Assembly (NCBI GenBank): GCA_963737655.1
Contig: CAVTTN010000002.1
Location: 512,001-576,000 of the forward strand
Reading direction: 5' to 3'
Source of the DNA: an uncultured Planctomycetota bacterium
GTDB taxonomy: Bacteria; Planctomycetota; Planctomycetia; Isosphaerales; Isosphaeraceae
DNA length: 64,000 nucleotides
The position numbers and the translations under genes are program-made. The notes under the pieces are model-generated. The model was not told where the DNA came from. It saw only the letters and a list, made by a program, of their open reading frames with translations, and did not search any database. This document shows, in pieces, positions 53,355-62,029 of the stretch (the first letter of the stretch is position 1; each line of letters begins with the position of its first letter).

Positions 53355-53915
53355 ATGGATCTGCATCACATGATCGAGCAACAAGTTCGCCCGACTTGGG
53401 CGACCGATGACCGACCGACTCTGGACGGTGTTCCCCCGACCGAAGACTCGGGATTCGGCATTTCATGGATCGACGACGGCGGCGGCGACTGCCATCAAGA
53501 TGGGGTCGAGGAGCCTTTCTGCGTCACATGGCGCTATCGCAGTGACCGGGATTCATTCTGGGAGGTGGGGCAATACCACCTCTTGGAATCCGAAGACGAG
53601 GAGGGGTACTCCAAAAAGGAATACTTCGGGTCGAGCGGACACGAGACCAGGGAGCAGGCGATCGAGGAGGCGACCAGGCTGGCGATCGAGGCCGAATCGC
53701 TGGAGGCGAGGCGGGTCGCCTGGGCCGAGGTGAGGGCGGCAAGTCGCCAGGTCCGGGCGGCGGTAGAGTCCCTGAAGGAGATCGAGGCGGGCCGACTTGC
53801 GGACGGCGACGTTCTCCAGATCAATGAGGCGACGAGGCTGGCGACCGAGGCGATCGATGCCCTGGAGGCGATCGAGACATGCCGAATCGGCGACGAGGAG
53901 TTGCGTCATGTATAA
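53355..53915 (+). CDS. hypothetical acidic protein
   Basis: 186-aa ORF with an internal EATRLA.EA duplication; overlaps the next start. Confidence 0.6.
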   Translation: MDLHHMIEQQVRPTWATDDRPTLDGVPPTEDSGFGISWIDDGGGDCHQDGVEEPFCVTWRYRSDRDSFWEVGQYHLLESEDEEGYSKKEYFGSSGHETREQAIEEATRLAIEAESLEARRVAWAEVRAASRQVRAAVESLKEIEAGRLADGDVLQINEATRLATEAIDALEAIETCRIGDEELRHV

Positions 53916-54579
53916 TCCGAGAAGGACGTCCGCACGCAGGGCGCTCGCCATCGAGAAGGGGCTCGATAAGGGTCGGGTTGCCGAGGCCGTCCATCGGGCT
54001 GTGTGCCGGATGACGGGAGGCGACGGGTCGAGGGGTTGCCAGCGGTATGCCCATGCGGGCCACGGGCTCCTGGACTACCTGGGGATCGACACGGCTATCC
54101 GGGCCGGTACGCTCAGGATCGTCCTCGACACCGAGACGGGAGAGGAAGCATCGCTGCCGTATTTCGGGACCTTCGGCCTCGACATCACCAGCGGCCATGT
54201 CTGGCTGGAACGGCGAGGTTCTCCCATCGACTTCGCATCCAGGCACTATCCCTCCTACACCGATCGTGCTTACCCACGGGTCCCTCCGAGGTATGTCTGG
54301 GGCCGCTCGGGCGAGTGGGCACGGTTCGAGGGCGACGACCATGCCAGTGCCGAATTGGGCGAGATGGCATGCGAATCCATCGACTTGATGGCCGAGGCCG
54401 TTAATCAATATGAGGGCCGGGAGGTCGTGAGGCCGGTCAACCTCGGCAGCCTGCCGGATGGTCGGATCGTCGCCGTCCTGGCGAAAGTCGATCGAATCGT
54501 CGCTGCTACCGGATTTGGCGACGTACTCCCGATCTCGGCTGGGATGGCCTCGATCCAGACTCAGATCATTGCCGCTTGA
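53908..54579 (+). CDS. hypothetical protein with possible transglutaminase/papain-like Cys-His-Asp triad
   Basis: GAGGAG RBS; GCQRYA...GHVWL...IDF. Confidence 0.6.
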   Translation: MYNPRRTSARRALAIEKGLDKGRVAEAVHRAVCRMTGGDGSRGCQRYAHAGHGLLDYLGIDTAIRAGTLRIVLDTETGEEASLPYFGTFGLDITSGHVWLERRGSPIDFASRHYPSYTDRAYPRVPPRYVWGRSGEWARFEGDDHASAELGEMACESIDLMAEAVNQYEGREVVRPVNLGSLPDGRIVAVLAKVDRIVAATGFGDVLPISAGMASIQTQIIAA

Positions 54580-54594
54580 AGTCGATGTCCATCA

Positions 54595-54632
54595 GCACGG
54601 GCACCGTTCCCAAGTGGGAACGGTGCCCGTGC
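54595..54632. terminator. 17-bp perfect hairpin between convergent genes
   Basis: GCACGGGCACCGTTCCC-AAGT-GGGAACGGTGCCCGTGC. Confidence 0.6.
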
Positions 54633-54864
54633 CTCTCGATCCGATAATCGCATTTACGGCCCGGCCACGACTTGCCGCCAACTCGACGAAGATCCCGCCG
54701 AGTTCGGCAAATCCCCCCGCTGAACGGCTGATAAGAAGGGCAACCCTGGACGGGGGCGACATCGCCTTCTGCTTCTCTGCGAACCACTCGGATTCCATCC
54801 GTACTCGACCAGTTCCTCATCGATCCGCACTCGGTAGGAAGCAAGAGAGCCAAGCAGCACGAAT

Positions 54865-56469
54865 TCACGCCGCACTCATTTCTGCCCGCAGCGCCTCGTA
54901 CATCTCCTCCTCGGTCGGCTTCCTGACCACCGACCTCGGCGGGGCGATCGACCGCAATCGCCGCTCGAAATCCTCGGGCTCGATCCGACCGGGCTCAATC
55001 AGCAGGCCGTCGATCGGAACTCGCACCAGGCCAACGAGCGCCCTCCGGCACACATCCTGGCCGTAGTCACGCCCCCAACCGTCCCACCCGATCTCGCCGC
55101 CATCGATCCGCTCTGCAAATAGACGGGCGTCGAACGGTGCGGTCATGGGGTCGTCGTAATCCTCCCAGGGACGTTCGAGTGCGGGGCGTTTGATGTTGCT
55201 CAGACGCTGTTTCCAGGCCCGGTGGTCGTGGGCCTCGATGAACCTGTCGAGCCCCTCCACGGCCTCCCTGCGGTGATTATCCAGCCATTTGACGAGCAGG
55301 AGTTCGGAGGTTCGGACGCTGGAATACTTGCCCTCGGCCTTGTTCCTGCGGAAGGTTGCCTCGGCGTCGTGGATCATGCCCTTGAAGTCATCGAAGGTGG
55401 GCAGGCCGGGCCGATCGAATGACCGGCCCAGAGTGGCGACGACCTTCTCGGCATAGCCGAAGCCCAGAAGGATCGCTTCGATCTCCCGCTCCTGGTCACG
55501 TCGAAGTTCTGCGGCCTGGGCACGCAGGATCTCGATCACGTCCCCGGAGCCGGATCGTGACTCGGGGATGGTCGGCAGGATCTCGGGCTCGTCCCTCTGC
55601 TGCGGGCACTCGGGAAGCTGCTCGGGCACCGAGGCGAACGCACTGGCGATGGACTTTGACCGCTTCGCAGCCTTGCGATGGCCGACAAGCCCATCGAGCG
55701 GCGGCTTGGGGTCGGAACCCTCGTCGGCGAGAGTAAGATCATCACTCGCCACGAGGGGCTGTCGCCCATCCAGATATTCGATGAGACCTGGGTACGACTC
55801 GGCCCCCTTGTCCTCGAACCAGGTGAGCACCTCGTCCGTGGGGTCTAGCAGCACCAGTGCAAATCTCGATCGCAGTGTGGAAGGGAAGAATTTCGCCAGT
55901 TTCAGGTCGTCCAGGAGATCGATCGTACCTCGGACTGTTTTGACCCCGACGCCCGTGAGTAGCGAGAGATACTCGTAGGTCAGCCCGTCGCACACCCGCC
56001 CTCGGCTGCCTTGAGGCAGGTCTTGCCGTTTGACTGAGTTCCGGGCGAGCGACAACAACATCGAGTACACGACGCCTTGCTTGAGGGTCAGCGGGCAATC
56101 CCCGGCAAGCCGGTAGAGCTTCGAATAGTCGAAACGCCTTCGCCAGTCCTTCTCCTTGATGGACGTGGTGAACCACTTGTGCCGGTCTCCAGCTGGTTCG
56201 ATTGCGACCCATCGGCCTCCGAGCCGCTCGGCCAGCCCATCCTTTACGAGGGCCTTCAGGGCGGCGGCGACGGTGCCCTTGGCGTCGAGGCCGGTGAGCG
56301 ACGAGACGCCCTCCTGGGACAGGCCCTTCTCGTCGGTCAGGAGGGCCGAATATGCGAGCCGCTGGTTCAGGTTGAGGGGCGAATCCCCGGTCGTCTTGAC
56401 TAGCCGTAGTCGCTGCTTGTTATTAAATTTATGCGTGATCATTTTCTTTACCTGTCGATAAAACTGCAC
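54865..56469 (-). CDS. tandem winged-helix protein, replication-initiator-like
   Basis: Two wHTH-like units (LNLNQRLAYSAL...LSQEGVSSLTGL...AALKALVKDGL and LTLKQGVVYSML...LTYEYLSLLTGVGVKTVRGTIDLL); AT-rich upstream DNA; start uncertain. Confidence 0.55.
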   Translation of the reverse strand: MQFYRQVKKMITHKFNNKQRLRLVKTTGDSPLNLNQRLAYSALLTDEKGLSQEGVSSLTGLDAKGTVAAALKALVKDGLAERLGGRWVAIEPAGDRHKWFTTSIKEKDWRRRFDYSKLYRLAGDCPLTLKQGVVYSMLLSLARNSVKRQDLPQGSRGRVCDGLTYEYLSLLTGVGVKTVRGTIDLLDDLKLAKFFPSTLRSRFALVLLDPTDEVLTWFEDKGAESYPGLIEYLDGRQPLVASDDLTLADEGSDPKPPLDGLVGHRKAAKRSKSIASAFASVPEQLPECPQQRDEPEILPTIPESRSGSGDVIEILRAQAAELRRDQEREIEAILLGFGYAEKVVATLGRSFDRPGLPTFDDFKGMIHDAEATFRRNKAEGKYSSVRTSELLLVKWLDNHRREAVEGLDRFIEAHDHRAWKQRLSNIKRPALERPWEDYDDPMTAPFDARLFAERIDGGEIGWDGWGRDYGQDVCRRALVGLVRVPIDGLLIEPGRIEPEDFERRLRSIAPPRSVVRKPTEEEMYEALRAEMSAA

Positions 56470-57569
56470 AATACAATAGTAGGTTTATTTTGAGAATTGC
56501 CGTCGGAATCCCTGGTTTTTCCACGAGACGGTCGAGATTTTCCGGGAAGGGGTCGAAAAATGCCGACATTAACTCTTCTAACCCTGTAAAGGGTGAAACT
56601 CGGCATTAACTGTTCGCACCCCAAGCTAGACCGACGGTAAAAGCGAACGACCGTGTAGACGGCGGGTCACTGCGGATACGCAAAGCCAGGCGGGAGGAGG
56701 ACTTTCCTCGCTCCGCTCGGAAAGTATGGGGGTGGCGGGGCCACCCCCATGTCATTGACCTCGAACCCTTCGGGTGTTCGGCAGGAATGGTGTACGATGA
56801 CATGGATCGTGTAACCGAGCACATTCGCCCTCGCTACGAAACCATGCCGCACTCCTACATGTCTATCTCGGGCTTGCTCGTGTGCAACGTGGTCCTTCGG
56901 CCTCCGGCCTTCGGACGCACGCTGGGGACGCCGGGGGCGTCCCCAGCAGAGACCCTCGGAACACATGGGTATTCGCCTGGCGGCGTGGAATACTTGCGGT
57001 GTTGACCCCTACCCAGGTCACGCCGCATTCACTCAAGGGCTGCCGTGTCACGAAGCAAGCGTGGGAAATCGACGGCGGTCACTCGCCGCCTACCTCGGTC
57101 ACGAGCGAGTTCCGGGCGTTCACTAACCTGCACAGGACCGTCATGGGTGGTCTCGCTGGCCGTCTCCTGGTTCGCCGGTCTAAACCTCACTTCACCCGGA
57201 CCACCCCCCGAGTCCCGCCCAGCCCCCCTCCACACTCTCACGACCTCACCGTGCCGCCGATCAATCTATCGGCCTCGATGGGTTGCCCGCAGCCGATCCG
57301 AAGTTTCGAGGTCGGTCGGCGGGTTCGCACGACATTCACGAACTCGTCGCCGTCTTTCCAGGGAATGCGGTCTGGGCCTGACCATCCGCATCACGGCTAC
57401 CGCCGACCACCATGATTGGCGAGCCTGACGATCAAGTCCAGGTCGGTCTGGACTGGTTCCCACGGGTTGCGACAATTACCCTTAATTTAATCGTTCAATT
57501 TCGACGCAACCCATTTCGGGACCTATGAGTTCTCAGGTCGGCGATGGTGCCAGACTGCGAGAAAGACCA

Positions 57570-58001
57570 ATGAAATCCATTATCCAATCCAAATGTCGGC
57601 ACACTACCAAGAAGTTGTTCGAGTCCCTCGATAGGGTCGAGCAGGTGGCCCAGGCGATCAGGTGGCAGATTTCAAACTTGCAAGACGATCTATCGAACTC
57701 CAACGTTGAAGTCGGCAGGCTCACGGGCGAGTCTTGGGAGATCGCCAAACTCCTCGGAGAGTTAATCGCACTCCGAGACATGGAGGGCCACGTCGATGAC
57801 GTCTGTGTATGTGATTCATGCGGAACTTACGTCCTTACACCTTGCGAAGAATGTTCTTGCTATTGTTGCGACGATTGCCTGAAGGAGCACGCAGACAGGT
57901 TGCTCTGTGACGAGTGTCATGCGATCCTCACCGAGGAGGGCGAAGACACCGACGCTCACGCATCACCGGACAATAATCAGTCGGCCATGCAAGCTGCTTG
58001 A
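57570..58001 (+). CDS. coiled-coil plus Cys-rich zinc-finger protein
   Basis: CDSC, CEEC, CDDC, CDEC motifs. Confidence 0.65.
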   Translation: MKSIIQSKCRHTTKKLFESLDRVEQVAQAIRWQISNLQDDLSNSNVEVGRLTGESWEIAKLLGELIALRDMEGHVDDVCVCDSCGTYVLTPCEECSCYCCDDCLKEHADRLLCDECHAILTEEGEDTDAHASPDNNQSAMQAA

Positions 58002-58355
58002 GCGTGGACGAGAGTCTTCCTCGATCCTCTCTCGCACGACAACGCTCAATCTGTGGGCGCTCGAAATGGTCCCGGTCGATTTCTTGGATAGCAAGAATTC
58101 GACCGGGACTAATCGCCTTTTTGGTCTGGCCGAATCATTTGCCTTGCTCAGTCCTTCACGTCGGGCTGCAACAGGCCGAGCCCGCCGCCCTCGGCAAAGC
58201 CGGGCAACGGCCACAACCCTTCTCGCCCGCCACGGTCGGACGCCCTTTCCCCGCACACCTGCGTTCTCCTGCTGTAATCCGGGTTTCATCTCGCCGACAA
58301 CGGCAAGGCTGGCACGGCCCTGGAGGTTGATGACCAACCGCATCAGGAGCCGTCC

Positions 58356-58562
58356 ATGACCAGGATTGTCCCCCGTCTTGTCTGCGAGAGGTTCGGGCGT
58401 TATGTCGTCTTGGAGTGTGACGAACTCCGGAGGAGGTACTGGACGGGCCATTGTTGGAGCCCTCAACTCCGGGAAGCTCGTTTGTTCGCCCGCATCGAGG
58501 ACGTCAACGAGGTCATTAACACTCGATTCGAACCGCCTTCGCTCTTCGACCGAGGTGTATGA
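58356..58562 (+). CDS. small hypothetical protein
   Basis: AGGAG RBS; 68 aa; RYWTGHCWS. Confidence 0.55.
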   Translation: MTRIVPRLVCERFGRYVVLECDELRRRYWTGHCWSPQLREARLFARIEDVNEVINTRFEPPSLFDRGV

Positions 58563-58726
58563 TGGCCGACAGAATTGCCTCACTACTTGCCTGGTTCTTG
58601 ATCGGCATCGTGCTCATAGGCATCGTGGGCCTCCTGCTGCCCTTGGGGTTGATTCTGATTGGCGTAGGTATATCAGCCTTCGCCTGCTACCTCTTGGCCT
58701 GGCTGCTGGGTCGATTTCTGTCGTGA
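58562..58726 (+). CDS. 54-aa hydrophobic membrane protein (not in the ORF track)
   Basis: TGATG coupling and GAGGT RBS; MADRIASLLAWFLIGIVLIGIVGLLLPLGLILIGVGISAFACYLLAWLLGRFLS. Confidence 0.7.
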   Translation: MADRIASLLAWFLIGIVLIGIVGLLLPLGLILIGVGISAFACYLLAWLLGRFLS

Positions 58727-58835
58727 GCCGTACCGGTGACGACTCGACGTCGATCAGAACCGCCACAAGAACTCCGACACCTAGCCGACGAGTCAGGCGG
58801 AACAGAATTGTACGACGGATGTCTGAGCCGGGCGA

Positions 58836-59156
58836 TCAACAACCCCGGTTGAGAATTCTGGCGTCCTTCAGGAGGTTGGGGAATATCTTGATAAGACGCT
58901 CGGCATCATCTTCTCCCATCTGGTACGCCCGTTCCCTGAAGTTTGTCAACAGGGTCTTCTTGCCCGATAGGAAAATCCAGTTGCCCCCAGGTCTGGGGAT
59001 GCTGATGACCGACAGCCGACCAATGGCCCAGGTGCCATTCAGCCGCTTCAACTCGTCCCTGAGGGCACGCTCTTCGATAACGCAAGGCGTCGGCAGCACG
59101 AGGCTCTCGGGTTCTTCCTCTTCGCCGGGGATCTGGTTTTCGTCATTCCTCTTCAT
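58836..59156 (-). CDS. hypothetical protein
   Basis: 106 aa; ATGA overlap with the RuvB-like gene. Confidence 0.6.
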   Translation of the reverse strand: MKRNDENQIPGEEEEPESLVLPTPCVIEERALRDELKRLNGTWAIGRLSVISIPRPGGNWIFLSGKKTLLTNFRERAYQMGEDDAERLIKIFPNLLKDARILNRGC

Positions 59157-60277
59157 CGCCCGGCCCTCGGCTGGGCTGGCCGTTCACCGGTTCCAAGGCC
59201 CCGTTTCTCCAGTTGGGCGAGACCCTCGGGCGTGATCCCGATGCCCCTACTCGTCGTGCTGATCAGCCCAATCCGACGGATGATCGGCAGGATGTATTCG
59301 TCAAGCTCTTCGACCTCGCAGTTGGCGACGTCCCGCAGTGCGTACTTTGAGATCGGTCCACGGGTCGCCAGAGCGGTCAGGATGCTCAGGTGGACCTCGG
59401 GCATGCCAAACTCGTCGATCCCATGCTCACGGCGGATCATCTCGACGGCTTCGAGCCACTCGCACTCCGAACGCTCACGCTCCGAAGTCACCTCGGTGGC
59501 GAAGTCGATGGCCTCACGGGCAACACGACCACAGTACAAGGCGATCTCCTCGCAAACCTCCAGGGGGACCGCAGGGCGGTTCCTGTGGATGATCAGGGCC
59601 ATCTCGAACTGGTTGTACGGCTTCAGGGTCGCCTTGACGAAGCGGCTGTCCAAAGCGGCTCCTAAACGTCCACGCTCGGTCGTTGCCAAAATCCAGCAGA
59701 CGTTCTGTGTGTCGAGGATGACGCCTTCGCCCGTGATCAGCTTATGGTCCGCTTTCTCCGTCGCCGTCAGCAGCCCGCCCTGGACGTCTTTGGGCATCTG
59801 GTGGGCTTCGTCGATCAGGACGACGATCGGCGGGGCGATGTAGTGATAGACGTCGTTGTAGGGCCTGAGAGACAGGTCCACGGGGGTTCCGTCGCCGTGC
59901 GTGTAGCCCGGCTGGGCCAGGATCCGGCAGAATTTCTGGAAGAGGTCGTGGTTGGTCCCGATTTCTTTCGGGTTCACCTCGATGAACGGCAGACCAGCGC
60001 CTTTCGCCAATCGCCGGGCGAGCGTCGTCTTGCCCGTCGAGGCCGGGCCGAGGAGGACCAGGTTCGTGTCGCTCATGTCGTGGTTCTCACGGCAGAGGGC
60101 CGTGTAGAGCATGCGGCAGAGCCTCTTGACGACGCTCTGGTTGCCCACGAAATCGAAGAACGGGTTCTCACGGTTACTGGGATCACAGTAAGCACGCAAC
60201 TCCTCGTCCGTCTTCGTCTCGAAGTCGGGGAAGATGAGTTGCTGCTGGGGTTGGGTGATCCAGATGTGGAATGCCAT
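59153..60277 (-). CDS. divergent RuvB-like AAA+ ATPase
   Basis: FDFVGNQ, GPASTGKTTLA, VLIDEAHQM, ATTERGRL..ALDSRF, GRVAREA, GIDEFG, C-terminal wHTH ending in TSRG. Confidence 0.8.
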   Translation of the reverse strand: MAFHIWITQPQQQLIFPDFETKTDEELRAYCDPSNRENPFFDFVGNQSVVKRLCRMLYTALCRENHDMSDTNLVLLGPASTGKTTLARRLAKGAGLPFIEVNPKEIGTNHDLFQKFCRILAQPGYTHGDGTPVDLSLRPYNDVYHYIAPPIVVLIDEAHQMPKDVQGGLLTATEKADHKLITGEGVILDTQNVCWILATTERGRLGAALDSRFVKATLKPYNQFEMALIIHRNRPAVPLEVCEEIALYCGRVAREAIDFATEVTSERERSECEWLEAVEMIRREHGIDEFGMPEVHLSILTALATRGPISKYALRDVANCEVEELDEYILPIIRRIGLISTTSRGIGITPEGLAQLEKRGLGTGERPAQPRAGR

Positions 60278-60689
60278 GTTTCGAGATCCTCGGATTTCGT
60301 GTGCGAACCCCAGGGTCTTCGGAGCCAAGCGGGCCGGGCCTCTCGTCGCCCTCGGTCGTGGGGCCACCCGTCAGGTCGTGGCTAATAACGGTCAAGGGCC
60401 GGTGGAGGTCTCGAACAGTTTGTAGGAACCCGATGGCTCTGCTCGCTAATAACGGCGTTTATGCGGTTCGGAATTGGACACGGGCGTTTGGATCGGCTGG
60501 AGCACCTCTTCGCTCGCTATTCTGAGGACCGGGACGGGCCTATCCACGCCCGTATCCCCTCCGCTGTAGGAGCTTGGGGTGGGGGTCCAGGCCCGCCCGC
60601 TTGATGTCGGATACCCGCCTTCCGTTGACCGGCATGACTTCGAGGACCCTGCGGCTCGTGGAGCGAGGCCACGAACCGAGGGGGCAGCG

Positions 60690-61415
60690 ATGATTCACGA
60701 GACCGATTTGCCGGACGAGATGATGGCCCAGGCTGCCCAGGACTTTTTCGCCAGCGAATGGGCCAGTGCAAGGGAGGAGGCGGGCTTCCGATTCCGCCCT
60801 GGCACCCGGATTAACGCCGAGTGCTCGTCCCAGGACGGCGAGAAGCTGATCGAACTGGTGCGGCCCTACCTCGCTCGACTCTCCGTCGCCTGGGGCATGG
60901 GCGTGGGCGAGGTGTTCCGGTTGATGGAGATACCGGAGCGACGGTGGTCGGACGCCCTCTACTATGTCCTCATGGGCTGCCGGGGCCACGGGATCGGCCT
61001 GGCCGATCGCTTCGGAGAGAACATCCAGATCGCCGAGGACAAGCTCTGCAAGGGGATCGACCCTTCGCCGTTCGACGCCGAATTCAACGAGTTCTCCGAC
61101 CTGGCTTTCGAAGTCGTCGAGGCCGAGGCCCTCAAGCCCGATGATGGCCCCGACTCCGACGCCCCGCTCCGGTCCGGCGACCGGGTTCGTGTCGAGGCAC
61201 GGATGCCGACCGGCGACAGCCTCACGGGCAGCGGCGGGGTCGTCCGCTGGCTCCCCGCTGGCGGCGACCTCAGCTTCGGCGGGGGCGTGATCGTCACGAT
61301 GAATGACGAGGAGACGGTCGAGCCGTGGTCCTATCGGGGGAGGACGGTCCTCGTCGATGAGGCCGAGGCTGGCTTGTGGCCTGATGCAGGAACGAGCGAG
61401 TCGTTACCACGATGA
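60690..61415 (+). CDS. hypothetical protein
   Basis: ATG after GAGGGGG; LMGCRGHGIG; C-terminal LRSGDRVRV SH3-like segment. Confidence 0.6.
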   Translation: MIHETDLPDEMMAQAAQDFFASEWASAREEAGFRFRPGTRINAECSSQDGEKLIELVRPYLARLSVAWGMGVGEVFRLMEIPERRWSDALYYVLMGCRGHGIGLADRFGENIQIAEDKLCKGIDPSPFDAEFNEFSDLAFEVVEAEALKPDDGPDSDAPLRSGDRVRVEARMPTGDSLTGSGGVVRWLPAGGDLSFGGGVIVTMNDEETVEPWSYRGRTVLVDEAEAGLWPDAGTSESLPR

Positions 61416-61498
61416 TCGTGGTGACTTGCCAGTCGTCAGGTTCCCCGAGCCCTTCAAATTCCTGCTGATCCTGAAGTCAATCACGAACGGAGCACACG

Positions 61499-61930
61499 AT
61501 GAGTGGCAACTCGGGGCAACACAGCGAGGGGACATCCGATCTGAAGGTCAGTGGCGGCAATCTCCGATGCCCGGCCATCGGACTTGACCTGGATGGCACG
61601 ATCGACGAGGCCCCGGCCTTCTTCGCCGCCCTGACCCAATCCTGGCCGGGCAGGATCGTGATAATCACGTACCGTGACGACCGGAGCAAGGCCCTCGACG
61701 ACCTTGCCCGCTACGGGGTCAGGTTCGACGAACTCGTGCTCGTGTCTTCGTTCGCCGAGAAGGCCGTCGTACTCCGGGAGAAGAAGATCGGCGTCTACAT
61801 CGACGACCAGGACGAGATCCTCATGCACGTCCCGGAGGGCGTGGTCGTGCTCAAGATCAGGAACGGTGGCAATTACCACTACAACACCTCGAAATGGCTC
61901 TACAGCGCCCGGACCGGGGAGCAGTTGTGA
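61499..61930 (+). CDS. minimal HAD-superfamily phosphatase
   Basis: IGLDLDGTI (DxD), IITYR, K, YIDD. Confidence 0.8.
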   Translation: MSGNSGQHSEGTSDLKVSGGNLRCPAIGLDLDGTIDEAPAFFAALTQSWPGRIVIITYRDDRSKALDDLARYGVRFDELVLVSSFAEKAVVLREKKIGVYIDDQDEILMHVPEGVVVLKIRNGGNYHYNTSKWLYSARTGEQL

Positions 61931-62029
61931 AAGGGCTGCTTTTGCACGCAAGGACGGCACTCCCTCGCTTCGGCCCCGCAAGACCGCCCGCTCGCAAGGA
62001 AAGACGGCGGCTCCGGCATAGATACATCC

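Noticed and set aside
56760..56778. TCGAACCCTTCGGGTGT as a possible attR copy of the tRNA-Arg 3' end (TCGAATCCTCTCGGGTGT)
   Set aside because: It has a mismatch and a gap, is explained by a local UUCG hairpin, and mobile-type genes continue on both sides
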